This document shows, one piece after another, positions 34,796 through 42,550 of a DNA stretch of 64,000 nucleotides (its first letter is position 1; every line of letters begins with the position of its first letter). The DNA is from a virus: the IMG/VR virus record IMGVR_UViG_3300030320_000049; one strand, written 5' to 3'. The notes beneath the pieces are model-generated. The model was not told where the DNA came from. It did no database searches and saw nothing but the letters and a program-made list of their open reading frames with translations. The position numbers were made by a program, and so were the translations under genes.

Positions 34796-34922
34796 AACAG
34801 CTTCGGCGGTGGGCTGTTAACCCCTCGATTGTCGTTACGCCGCCACAAATAAGCATTTTAAAAGCCCCGGGATGATTTCCAAGGGCTTTTTCTTTTGGTT
34901 GGGGCGATTGTTCGCCCCTTTT
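34796..34922 (+). ncRNA. Candidate about 125-nt sRNA with three hairpins and tandem terminators
   Basis: TTAACAGC(34794-801)/GCTGTTAA(34813-820). AAGCCC/GGGCTT followed by TTTTTCTTTT (34862-34896). GGGGCGA-TTGT-TCGCCCC followed by TTTT (34901-34922). Confidence 0.45.
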
Positions 34923-34924
34923 GG

Positions 34925-35083
34925 TTATTCGTTTTCCTTCGTGGTTTCTTTGAGCAGTCCGGCTGAGTGTTTACGGATTTCGTTGTTCATTTCTCGGACT
35001 TCCTCAATGGTTTCGCATTTGTCTGTCGCTGTTGTGATCAACCAAGCAATAAACTGTAACTGTTTGTCTGTCATGTTCTCCAT
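34925..35083 (-). CDS. hypothetical (52 aa from MENMTDKQ)
   Basis: RBS AAAGGAGAAAAA before ATG 35083; directly downstream of a consensus promoter. Confidence 0.4.
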   Translation of the reverse strand: MENMTDKQLQFIAWLITTATDKCETIEEVREMNNEIRKHSAGLLKETTKENE

Positions 35084-35132
35084 TTTTTCTCCTTTCTGTG
35101 GTTTATAAGGTTCTTTGTTCCTTACAAGTATT

Positions 35133-35161
35133 ATTATATCTCTATTTTTAGTGATTGTCAA
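35133..35161 (-). promoter_or_regulatory. Consensus promoter TTGACA-17-TATAAT (leftward)
   Basis: Complement of 35161-35156 is TTGACA and of 35138-35133 is TATAAT. The spacer is a copy of the 16-mer TCTCTATTTTTAGTGA (35139-35154). Confidence 0.6.
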
Positions 35162-35411
35162 TATTTTGTTCACATATTTTAGAGATTATTTTTTCTCTAT
35201 CGTTGTCTGTTTCAACATATTTTATAATATCTCTAGGTTGCATTTCAAGAACGGCACAAAGTCTATTCAAATTGTCTAAAGAAATCGTTGTGTCTCCTTT
35301 TTTAAATTTTTGCATTGTAGCTTGTCCGAAAAGCCCTGTATTTTTAGCTTTTGTGGTATTTATACCGACTTTTGCAAGCTCTTCTATAACATTAATTTTA
35401 TATTGTAGCAT
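35148..35411 (-). CDS. XRE-family HTH repressor (CI/Cro-like)
   Basis: GQATMQKFKKGDTTISLDNLNRLCAVLEMQPRDIIKY; divergent from the plus-strand operon. Confidence 0.8.
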   Translation of the reverse strand: MLQYKINVIEELAKVGINTTKAKNTGLFGQATMQKFKKGDTTISLDNLNRLCAVLEMQPRDIIKYVETDNDREKIISKICEQNIDNH

Positions 35412-35443
35412 TTGTTTTCCTCCTAATCTTTTACTTTATATAT

Positions 35444-35472
35444 AATGTAGCTTTTTTAATGCTGATTGTCAA
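35444..35472 (-). promoter_or_regulatory. Weaker leftward promoter TTGACA-17-TACATT for the repressor gene
   Basis: Complement of 35472-35467 is TTGACA and of 35449-35444 is TACATT. Confidence 0.4.
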
Positions 35473-35481
35473 GAATATTTT

Positions 35482-35528
35482 TCTCTATTTTTTGTGAATT
35501 ATATGTTGACATTCTCTAATTTTAGTGA
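35482..35528 (+). promoter_or_regulatory. Two operator-like 16-mers TCTCTATTTTTTGTGA / TCTCTAATTTTAGTGA
   Basis: 35482-35497 and 35513-35528; a third copy is at 35139-35154. Two of the three fill promoter spacers. Confidence 0.5.
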
Positions 35529-35534
35529 TATTAT
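35506..35534 (+). promoter_or_regulatory. Rightward promoter TTGACA-17-TATTAT
   Basis: Read from sequence; drives the only plus-strand operon. Confidence 0.55.
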
Positions 35535-35744
35535 AATTACATCAACAAAGGAACAAAAGAAACAAACAACTGGAACCGCCCGAACCACTCAACACAATGA
35601 GGACATAGGGAGCCGGCACCGATTAATTGAAAAATTCTAGTTCCTAGGCAAAATAAAAAAAGCCCGGCAGTCTTCCAAACCAAACCGGGCACCAAACTAA
35701 AAAGAAAGGCAACCCTATTATAACAGGGGTGAGGGTGAAAATCA

Positions 35745-36824
35745 ATGAGTAAATATTTTAAGAGCGTAACAAGTTATCAAGATTTGAAAGATCAGTATAG
35801 AAAACTTTTGAAAGAAAATCACCCGGACAACGGCGGCGACCTGGAACAGATGCAGGAAATCAACGTAGAATACGATGCAATGTTTAAAATCTGGAAAGAT
35901 CGCGCAGCTGTTGCAAATAATCTTTCAGAAGAAGAAAAAACAGAAACCGCAAGAAGCACAAGACGCCATTTTTACAGTGCTTACGGCTGGGAGGGTTCAA
36001 GATACGATGTTAATTTGTCATTAAAAGAGATTGCTAAAATTGTAAGAGCCTATGTAAAAGAAGAATACCCAACTTGCAAATTTAGCATTCGCACTCATTA
36101 CGCAAGTATGTGCCAGTCATTAAGCGTTGATTTGCTGGAATTCCCGGAACAGATGTATAAAACCGCTGCGGAACTTAAAGAAAACTATTATACAGAAAAC
36201 ACGTATATAGATAAAGACGGAAAAACTCAGAGCTACAAAACCATGTCGGAAGAAGTAAACGAGATGTGGAGAAAATTAAATAGAAATAATATTTTTACAC
36301 TTGACAGCTGGACAGATGACGATCTATTGAAATGCTATGAAAAAGTTGTTTTTGAGGAAAACAAATCATTTTTCGGGGTACAAACTGAATATTTTAAAAG
36401 CGTTGTTGATGATGTAAACGCCTTTATTGCTTCTTATAATTACGATGACAGCGACAGCATGACGGATTATTTTGATGTTAATTTCTACGGCGGAGAAGTT
36501 GATTTTAGAAACTGTAAATATGTTCCAAAAGTCGCCAGAATTAAAAAGCAAAATACAGCCCCGGCAGCAAAAGAAAATAAAGAAGAATCAAGCGCCGCAG
36601 AAATTGAAACAAGCGGAAAAGCTTATACAGTGGAAGAAAGCCAGCACACAAAAACAGGCGAAAAGATTTATCTTGTAAAATGGCTCGATACTCTCAGCAG
36701 AGAAAGCTATAAAGAATTAAATAGCCAGATTAAAAAGTTAGGCGGCTATTATTCGAGATTTACACATAGTTTTATTTTTAAAGATGATCCTACCGAAATT
36801 TTGAAAGAGGTAAAAATCGCATGA
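35745..36824 (+). CDS. J-domain (DnaJ-like) protein, 359 aa
   Basis: YQDLKDQYRKLLKENHPDNGGDLEQMQEINVEYDAMFK with the HPD tripeptide. Confidence 0.8.
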   Translation: MSKYFKSVTSYQDLKDQYRKLLKENHPDNGGDLEQMQEINVEYDAMFKIWKDRAAVANNLSEEEKTETARSTRRHFYSAYGWEGSRYDVNLSLKEIAKIVRAYVKEEYPTCKFSIRTHYASMCQSLSVDLLEFPEQMYKTAAELKENYYTENTYIDKDGKTQSYKTMSEEVNEMWRKLNRNNIFTLDSWTDDDLLKCYEKVVFEENKSFFGVQTEYFKSVVDDVNAFIASYNYDDSDSMTDYFDVNFYGGEVDFRNCKYVPKVARIKKQNTAPAAKENKEESSAAEIETSGKAYTVEESQHTKTGEKIYLVKWLDTLSRESYKELNSQIKKLGGYYSRFTHSFIFKDDPTEILKEVKIA

Positions 36825-37348
36825 TAGAATGTAAAACAAATTGTTGCAGGTGCCAAAAATATGGCACCTGTGAACGATCACAAGAAAGATTATTTGAAAA
36901 GCTTTTTACTCGTTACGGATATGTACAGAAAGAAATGAGTAATAAAACAATACATATTTACGAACAACATCCGGAAAACTTACACAGTGAAAAGGAAATT
37001 TTAGAAAGATTCAGTCATGCAAAAGGAACTATTGAAGAATTAGAAGAAATGTTATTAGAATTAAAATCTTATCAAATAGAATTGTCAAAACGTTATAATT
37101 ATATTTTAACTTCTCCCATAAAAAAGAAGATAGAATTAAAAAGAGAAAAGCTCTATAGAAAAAACGTTATTTACTATATAAATTTTTATGATGTTAATTT
37201 AAATGACGGTCATGAGGAATTGACAAATTTTATAAAATATTCTGGAATTGAGCGAAAACAAGCGTTATTGCATTTTGAACAATTAAAAAAAGAAAATCCG
37301 AATGCTTTTTTTAAAAAAGATATTGAGCGTAATAAATGGGAAAAATAA
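36821..37348 (+). CDS. hypothetical (175 aa), Cys cluster at N-terminus
   Basis: ORF track; ATGA overlap with the J-domain gene. Confidence 0.45.
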   Translation: MIECKTNCCRCQKYGTCERSQERLFEKLFTRYGYVQKEMSNKTIHIYEQHPENLHSEKEILERFSHAKGTIEELEEMLLELKSYQIELSKRYNYILTSPIKKKIELKREKLYRKNVIYYINFYDVNLNDGHEELTNFIKYSGIERKQALLHFEQLKKENPNAFFKKDIERNKWEK

Positions 37349-37364
37349 TGTGGAGGTCTAAAAC

Positions 37365-37577
37365 ATGAAATATCATTACATAGCAATTTCAACACGCACA
37401 AATGACAAAAACTTTGCGTCTGTGCTTCGGGTTTCAAACTCTGACAATTTATTATTTTCATTGCAAGTCCCCGGCATTACTTCCGCAAATATTTGTAGCA
37501 CAAAAAAAGAAGCTGAAAAAGTCGTTGATTTTTGGAACAAGTGTTACAAGAAAAATAAAACTTATGGAGGGCTTTAA
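37365..37577 (+). CDS. hypothetical (70 aa)
   Basis: ORF track; RBS GGAGG upstream. Confidence 0.4.
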   Translation: MKYHYIAISTRTNDKNFASVLRVSNSDNLLFSLQVPGITSANICSTKKEAEKVVDFWNKCYKKNKTYGGL

Positions 37578-37578
37578 A

Positions 37579-37956
37579 ATGGTAACAATCAAGAAAGCCA
37601 CGCAAGCGCAGACAATCGCCGCCATAAAAAGCGGCGATTTCTCCACAGTTGATACAATCAACAGAAAAGCTGAAAAGGAAGCAATGGAAATCTTCAAGGC
37701 TGTTGCTGGTGGCGTTATTAAATTAGCTTATTGGGATATGTCCCCGATAAAGCGCCGTGACGGTAAAAAGTCTGTAATGCGGTACGCACTGCACAGATCA
37801 ACGAAAAAAGAAGACTGTTTACAACTCTCCTGTATGGAGCTTATCGGCGGCGAGATCATCCCCACAAGCGACAGACAATTTAATATTAAAGATGATTACG
37901 ACCGCCGGGAATTTTTCCGCAGTCTTCCAGCTGTTACAAAAATGACTTTTAAATAA
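37579..37956 (+). CDS. hypothetical (125 aa)
   Basis: Start ATG 37579 after GGAGGG. The track ORF from 37402 overlaps the previous gene. Confidence 0.45.
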   Translation: MVTIKKATQAQTIAAIKSGDFSTVDTINRKAEKEAMEIFKAVAGGVIKLAYWDMSPIKRRDGKKSVMRYALHRSTKKEDCLQLSCMELIGGEIIPTSDRQFNIKDDYDRREFFRSLPAVTKMTFK

Positions 37957-38012
37957 TAGGGCGCGTCTTTTTATATCCTGGCTCCCAGGGTGAAGGGAAG
38001 AAAGATAAAAAC

Positions 38013-38162
38013 ATGAGTGATAAAATATTTAATAAATTAATAACACTTTCTGTTGATGAGCTAGACAATTACATAGAATTTTTAGAAAGTATTTATTCCC
38101 CGACTATTACTGGGAAAGAGATTGATAAAAAAACTATGGAATATTTAGGTATAACTGATTGA
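38013..38162 (+). CDS. hypothetical (49 aa, below track cutoff)
   Basis: Own translation MSDKIFNKLITLSVDELDNYIEFLESIYSPTITGKEIDKKTMEYLGITD. Confidence 0.35.
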   Translation: MSDKIFNKLITLSVDELDNYIEFLESIYSPTITGKEIDKKTMEYLGITD

Positions 38163-38168
38163 TTTTTT

Positions 38169-38224
38169 ACCGCTTCCCGGTTTCCAGACCGGCGGCACGT
38201 TCACGGCGTGCAAGCGGTTTTTTT
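38169..38224 (+). terminator. tRNA-like three-way-junction terminator (M3)
   Basis: ACCGCTT C CCGGT-TTCCAG-ACCGG CG GCACG-TTCACGG-CGTGC AAGCGGT TTTTTT. Confidence 0.5.
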
Positions 38225-38392
38225 GGCATTCTGCCAGATACACCTTGCAAAGTTAATATAATAAGTCAATCAATTAACGCGCTATTTTATCCGTAAATCG
38301 TTTTTTATGCTGTTAATGGTGATTTATGCCACGTTTGCATTTTAAGCCGATTATGAGCCTTTAAAGCACTTTATAGTGCACTACATGGTTTA

Positions 38393-38421
38393 TTGACTGC
38401 TTGCGGCTATAGGTGTATAAT
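38393..38421 (+). promoter_or_regulatory. Near-consensus orphan promoter TTGACT-17-TATAAT
   Basis: 38393-38398 TTGACT, 38416-38421 TATAAT. No RBS-preceded ORF downstream. Confidence 0.55.
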
Positions 38422-38427
38422 AATCTT

Positions 38428-38940
38428 GTATAGCTATGTGCGGCTATGCTTTATTTGCGTACCGTGTAAATGGGGCGCATTGTGTCCGCTTATGTGCGTA
38501 GCTTGTCCGGGCTTCCCGGTGATCTGTCGCAACTGTCCGGTCTATATATCAATTAGGGCTATACAACTATATTGTGATATGCTTATATACGCCGCATTTG
38601 TCTTTTTAAGTCGTTTTATAATCGCAGTCAATAAAGTATAGGCTAAATACGCTACAAGCCATTTAAGGCTTATTTTGCAAGAGTATTATTGCATTTTTAT
38701 TACTGCATTATATGTCATTTGCTGTTATGATCTATTATCTGCGGGCTGTTGGTTCTGATCTGTCAGAGCTACGGCTGACGGTCGGCTTTACTGGTGTTCA
38801 ATCGTTCCCGGTTCTGTCCAGGTTTCATCATTTCGGCGCGGTATCGGTTCCAGGTGCTATCCCTGGTTGGTTTATACCGGCGGAAAAGTCGCAACTGTTC
38901 AAGGTTTCAATAGTTGCAACTAACTTGTAAACGATTTCCA
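38428..38940 (+). ncRNA. Candidate large structured non-coding RNA (or DNA cis element)
   Basis: About 0.5 kb, appears GC-richer by eye than its surroundings, with no credible ORF. Many local and nested helices, e.g. GGTAT[CCAGG-TGCTATC-CCTGG]ATACC at 38840-38877 and CTGTCAG/CTGACGG at 38760-38780. Confidence 0.3.
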
Positions 38941-39206
38941 AATTTAAACATCATTTTGGAAACCAAAAAATCACGGAAATTAAGAAAAAAAGTGGCAATC
39001 AGAAAATTTCTCACATTTTCTAGTTACCACTTAAATTTTAATTTTGCACAAATATTTCTATAGCGTAAAGTTCTGAATGATTCAAAATTCACAATTTATT
39101 TAATCCTTCTTTCTTACGTGTTCCATATCTTCTGTGAGATGATTTCTCTAAACGTTCCGTCCTCTTTGTTTGGGACTTTGAAAGTTTTTTCTTTCTCTGG
39201 TAATTG

Positions 39207-39875
39207 TCAGTCGTTGTTCCCATTCATACCCTCCTTGTTAATTTTCTGATTCTTAGTCTCAAAGTTTACAATTTCCGTGTCTGTTTCCAGTTCTTCCGGG
39301 ATTCTTCCAATAATGATAACTCGAAGCGGTTTCAATCTCCGTTCCATCTCCTTGAAACCAACGCAAAATTCCAACCGTGCTGCCTTGCTCTTTACTCTTC
39401 CATTGGTGCAACAGGCAACTGTGCTTCCCTTTGGTAGCCCATCAAAGCACCAGTCCCAACAGTATTCTGGTAATATGTTTACGTTTGGAATTACTGGAAT
39501 ATCATTCAAGACCATGTAGTGAGCCAGTGCATGATTGCGGTATTTATTCCGCAAGCACATTACCAGTGGCATTCCATTCTTGCCTACCGATATGCTAAAA
39601 TCCGGCATAATGACTGCATGAAAACATTTTAAATGCTTCATATACTTGTCTGGCTGATTCCATAATCTTTGAAACTGTACATCATCCACGTAGAAGTTTA
39701 CATCCAGTTCCCGGTGGTTCTTAATCTTTCTGCTGAAGCTCTCCGAAAAGTCTACAGTATCTTTCCCTGGATGAATAAAAGTCTTTGGAATTTTCGGGAT
39801 TCCGTACTTGCCTTCAAGGTCTGCATCAGTTATTAGAAACTCCTTCATTACATCATAGGCTGTGTGTATCTGCAT
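39207..39875 (-). CDS. DUF4417-like protein
   Basis: FYVDDVQFQRLWNQPDKYMKHLKCFHAVIMPDFS pattern. Start MQIHTAY after GGAGGG. Confidence 0.5.
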   Translation of the reverse strand: MQIHTAYDVMKEFLITDADLEGKYGIPKIPKTFIHPGKDTVDFSESFSRKIKNHRELDVNFYVDDVQFQRLWNQPDKYMKHLKCFHAVIMPDFSISVGKNGMPLVMCLRNKYRNHALAHYMVLNDIPVIPNVNILPEYCWDWCFDGLPKGSTVACCTNGRVKSKAARLEFCVGFKEMERRLKPLRVIIIGRIPEELETDTEIVNFETKNQKINKEGMNGNND

Positions 39876-40000
39876 ATTTCGCCCTCCATTTTCTTGAACA
39901 TAACACAATTTCAGAAAAAAGGCAAAAAAAATAATCGCATCTCTGCGATTTTATTATTTTGCACATGTACTTTTCCCTTTCATATGTACTTTTTGTAAAA

Positions 40001-40190
40001 GGTAATCAAAGGTAATCAGAACACTCGTTCATACCAAGTCCGCAAACCCTTGATTTTACTGCATAAATCGGGGCAACAGGATTTGAACCTGCGACCTCAC
40101 GGCTCGCGTTTTAATCCGTAAACCCTTGATTTTAAAGGCTTTCCAGACTTGAGGTAATCAAAGGTAACCAAAAAGGTAATCAGAACCTAT
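40001..40190. mobile_element. attP region: tRNA 3' fragment flanked by arm-type repeats
   Basis: GGTAAYCA x5 at 40001, 40011, 40153, 40163 and 40175. CCGYAAACCCTTGATTTTA x2 at about 40040 and 40115. Lies adjacent to int. Confidence 0.6.
40068..40113 (-). other. 3' portion of a tRNA gene (T-arm plus acceptor 3' strand) = probable att core
   Basis: Minus strand ...GAGGTC GCAGG TTCAAAT CCTGT TGCCCCG A. No matching 5' acceptor strand upstream. Confidence 0.6.
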
Positions 40191-40198
40191 GTTCTTAT

Positions 40199-41395
40199 TC
40201 ATCCAATCCTTTGCACTTTTGACACAATTTTATTTTTTTCTTCCAAAGAGCTAACATCAAATGTATAATATTTTTCATTAACTTCTTCGGTATGCCCGAG
40301 TAGCGATGCAGCAACAGTGGCAGATACTCCATTGCACCTTAGTTTAGAATTTATTGTTCTTCTAAATGCATGAATTCCTCTTTCTTCTATTCCTTCCTGC
40401 CTGCATTTGTTTTTTAAGCATGACGATATTACAGGAGCATGAACCCTTCCATTTTCGTTTGAAAACAACCATTCACTAATATACCCATTGCTGATTTCTG
40501 CTGATTTTAATTTCATTAAAAGTTTTCGAATTTCGCCAGTCATAGGAAACCATCTGTTCATTTGATTTTTTGTTTTTCCTATATAGTATTCTTTTGTATT
40601 TCTATTGTATTTTTCTGATTTATTAATAGATATATAATTTTCATTTATATCTTCCCATTTTAAAGCCGAAATTTCTCCAACTCTCATCCCTGTGAGACTT
40701 GCAAAATATACTGCGTATGAGGGAATGTATTCTGGCTGTTCATCAAAATCCTTTTTGCAGCGATTAATAATTAGTTTAAGTTCATGGTCTGATATTGTAT
40801 TATGACTTGAAGGCTTTTCTATCTCCGTGCAGTATTTATAAAATATTTTAGGTGAAAGAAATTCCATAGGATCATAATTCAATAAATGTTGTGACCTTGC
40901 ACTATCTATTGTGTTTTTGATATATCCAAACAAAGTTTTACACGCTTTTTTGCAAAGTTTTTGATCTTTTACAGTTCTGACAATGAATACCTTTATATCT
41001 TCTTCTGTCATTTTCTCAATTTCTTTTTCCGTAAATTCTTTTTTTTCAAAATAACGTGCTCTATCTGTAGAATACTTATACAAAGTGTTATCCGTCACAA
41101 ATTCTTTTTGAATTTCTATCCAATGCTCGTAAACATCCATAAATGTTTTAGGTTTTTCTGTTTTTTCTTTCTCGAAAGCAATAATATAATCTTCAATTCC
41201 CTTTCGGCTACTTCTTTTCACTAGCTTTCTAGAATTTTTTTCTGTATAAATATAAGTATACCAATTATTGTTTTTTCCCTGCCATATTTTATATTTTTTT
41301 AATATTTCTTCATTTTTCTTCATTTGTATTTCTTCAAGTACATGTGCAGGATTTATAATACCATTCTCAATAGCATATTTCAATATTTCATCCAT
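40199..41395 (-). CDS. int: Tyrosine integrase
   Basis: C-terminal catalytic pattern GMRVGEISALKWEDI...HAFRRTINSKL...LLGHTEEVNEKYY. Start probably MDEILKY (41395). The track N-terminal extension overlies a GC-rich hairpin. Confidence 0.85.
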   Translation of the reverse strand: MDEILKYAIENGIINPAHVLEEIQMKKNEEILKKYKIWQGKNNNWYTYIYTEKNSRKLVKRSSRKGIEDYIIAFEKEKTEKPKTFMDVYEHWIEIQKEFVTDNTLYKYSTDRARYFEKKEFTEKEIEKMTEEDIKVFIVRTVKDQKLCKKACKTLFGYIKNTIDSARSQHLLNYDPMEFLSPKIFYKYCTEIEKPSSHNTISDHELKLIINRCKKDFDEQPEYIPSYAVYFASLTGMRVGEISALKWEDINENYISINKSEKYNRNTKEYYIGKTKNQMNRWFPMTGEIRKLLMKLKSAEISNGYISEWLFSNENGRVHAPVISSCLKNKCRQEGIEERGIHAFRRTINSKLRCNGVSATVAASLLGHTEEVNEKYYTFDVSSLEEKNKIVSKVQRIG

Positions 41396-41403
41396 AAAAT
41401 TTA

Positions 41404-41450
41404 GGAGGAACCGGGAATTCCTTTTGCCGGCCGGCGGTTCCTGTTCCTCC
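41404..41450 (-). terminator. GC-rich nested palindrome upstream of int
   Basis: GGAGGAAC...GTTCCTCC and GGAACCG...CGGTTCC inverted repeats, followed on the minus strand by TAAATTTT. Confidence 0.35.
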
Positions 41451-41568
41451 TTTCTATTGATAGCCTGTTTTTTTGATTTTAAGCGCTTATTTTGTTTTAA
41501 CCATAACAATATTCACGAATATCATAAAAATTAATTTTAGCCGTTTTGGTCAAAACAATTATCATATT

Positions 41569-41781
41569 TCACAACAAATCAAATATATTGACCTGTCCAT
41601 CAATCTGAGATTCTTCCAGATTGTAAAATTTGCAAGCTATATAATCTGGGTTCCAAGCAACTTCCAGTTCGTATTGCAAGCACTGCGGATGCTTACCACC
41701 ACGGAAGAATCTGCATTCCGAACAGGTATGCTGATAAGCTGTACCGCCAGATCGCTTATACATTTCGCTTATCTTCCTCAT
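41569..41781 (-). CDS. Cys-rich small protein (70 aa)
   Basis: ORF track; CSECRFF...HPQC. Confidence 0.4.
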   Translation of the reverse strand: MRKISEMYKRSGGTAYQHTCSECRFFRGGKHPQCLQYELEVAWNPDYIACKFYNLEESQIDGQVNIFDLL

Positions 41782-42020
41782 AGAATCACTCGCTTTACTC
41801 TTGACTTTCCTCTCGCTTTCTTCTTGAAGATACCATTTTTAACACAATCCCTCGGATCACATCCTCTGCTATGTTCTTCGATCAAGATATAATCACAGGT
41901 TGCATTTGTACTCCATGCATTTTCGCTCTTGCTGTAATAGTCGCATTTTGAGCATTGTCTCCGCTTTAAGCCTATAATTTCAGTGCTTTTTAATTCTCTC
42001 CATGGTTTTCTATCTGGCAA
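41778..42020 (-). CDS. Cys-rich small protein (80 aa)
   Basis: ORF track; CSKCDYY...CDY...GCDPRDC. Confidence 0.4.
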   Translation of the reverse strand: MPDRKPWRELKSTEIIGLKRRQCSKCDYYSKSENAWSTNATCDYILIEEHSRGCDPRDCVKNGIFKKKARGKSRVKRVIL

Positions 42021-42550
42021 TTTTCCGCACCTCCCAATCTGGCATTATCTATAATTTTTAAAAGGTCTGGACTTAGTTTTCTTCGTTCTTGTTCTCTTTG
42101 CACTTCTGCCCGATATGTACGCTGAAAATTTGACTGGACTACGCTCAGCCATTTTCCATCTACATTCCCTGATTTCGCCCATTCTTCTAACTGCCCCGGA
42201 CTTGATACAGCTTTCTGAACTATTTCTGGAAGTTTAGAAAATTCTTCTTCCGCATGGTATATAGAGTTCCAAATTGCCCTTGATACCAGATTCCAAGCTT
42301 CTGTTTCGTTCAGTTCGTCAGACTGTGGCGCAAGGCTTTGTGCGCATTTCCTTAATGCTGCTATTGATGGCTCTTTCCATTCAGTCTGCATATATTTCTT
42401 TAATCCGAAACTTAAAAGCTTGTAATCTAGGTCTTTAAGGAGACCATACCAAGTATCAAAAGCATATTGATCTGGAAGAAACGATGGAGAAGTGTACACA
42501 GCTTTCATTGCTTTTACCAGTACCGCCCATTCTTCCCTTGTCATACCCAA
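41990..42550 (-). CDS. Replication accessory protein (tentatively G39P-like helicase loader/inhibitor)
   Basis: Position after the replisome organiser. Trp-spaced helical N-terminus. Weak call. Confidence 0.3.
   Translation of the reverse strand: MGMTREEWAVLVKAMKAVYTSPSFLPDQYAFDTWYGLLKDLDYKLLSFGLKKYMQTEWKEPSIAALRKCAQSLAPQSDELNETEAWNLVSRAIWNSIYHAEEEFSKLPEIVQKAVSSPGQLEEWAKSGNVDGKWLSVVQSNFQRTYRAEVQREQERRKLSPDLLKIIDNARLGGAENCQIENHGEN

Noticed and set aside
38712-38930. The 72-aa plus-strand ORF (and the 82-aa ORF at 38393..38641) as real genes in the non-coding region.
   Set aside because: There is no Shine-Dalgarno sequence upstream and the composition is odd. One of them starts inside the promoter element itself.
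41396-41509. N-terminal 38-codon extension of the integrase ORF from the track.
   Set aside because: The extension is basic nonsense-like sequence that overlies a nested GC-rich palindrome (41404-41450). A conventional ATG (MDEILKY) follows it.
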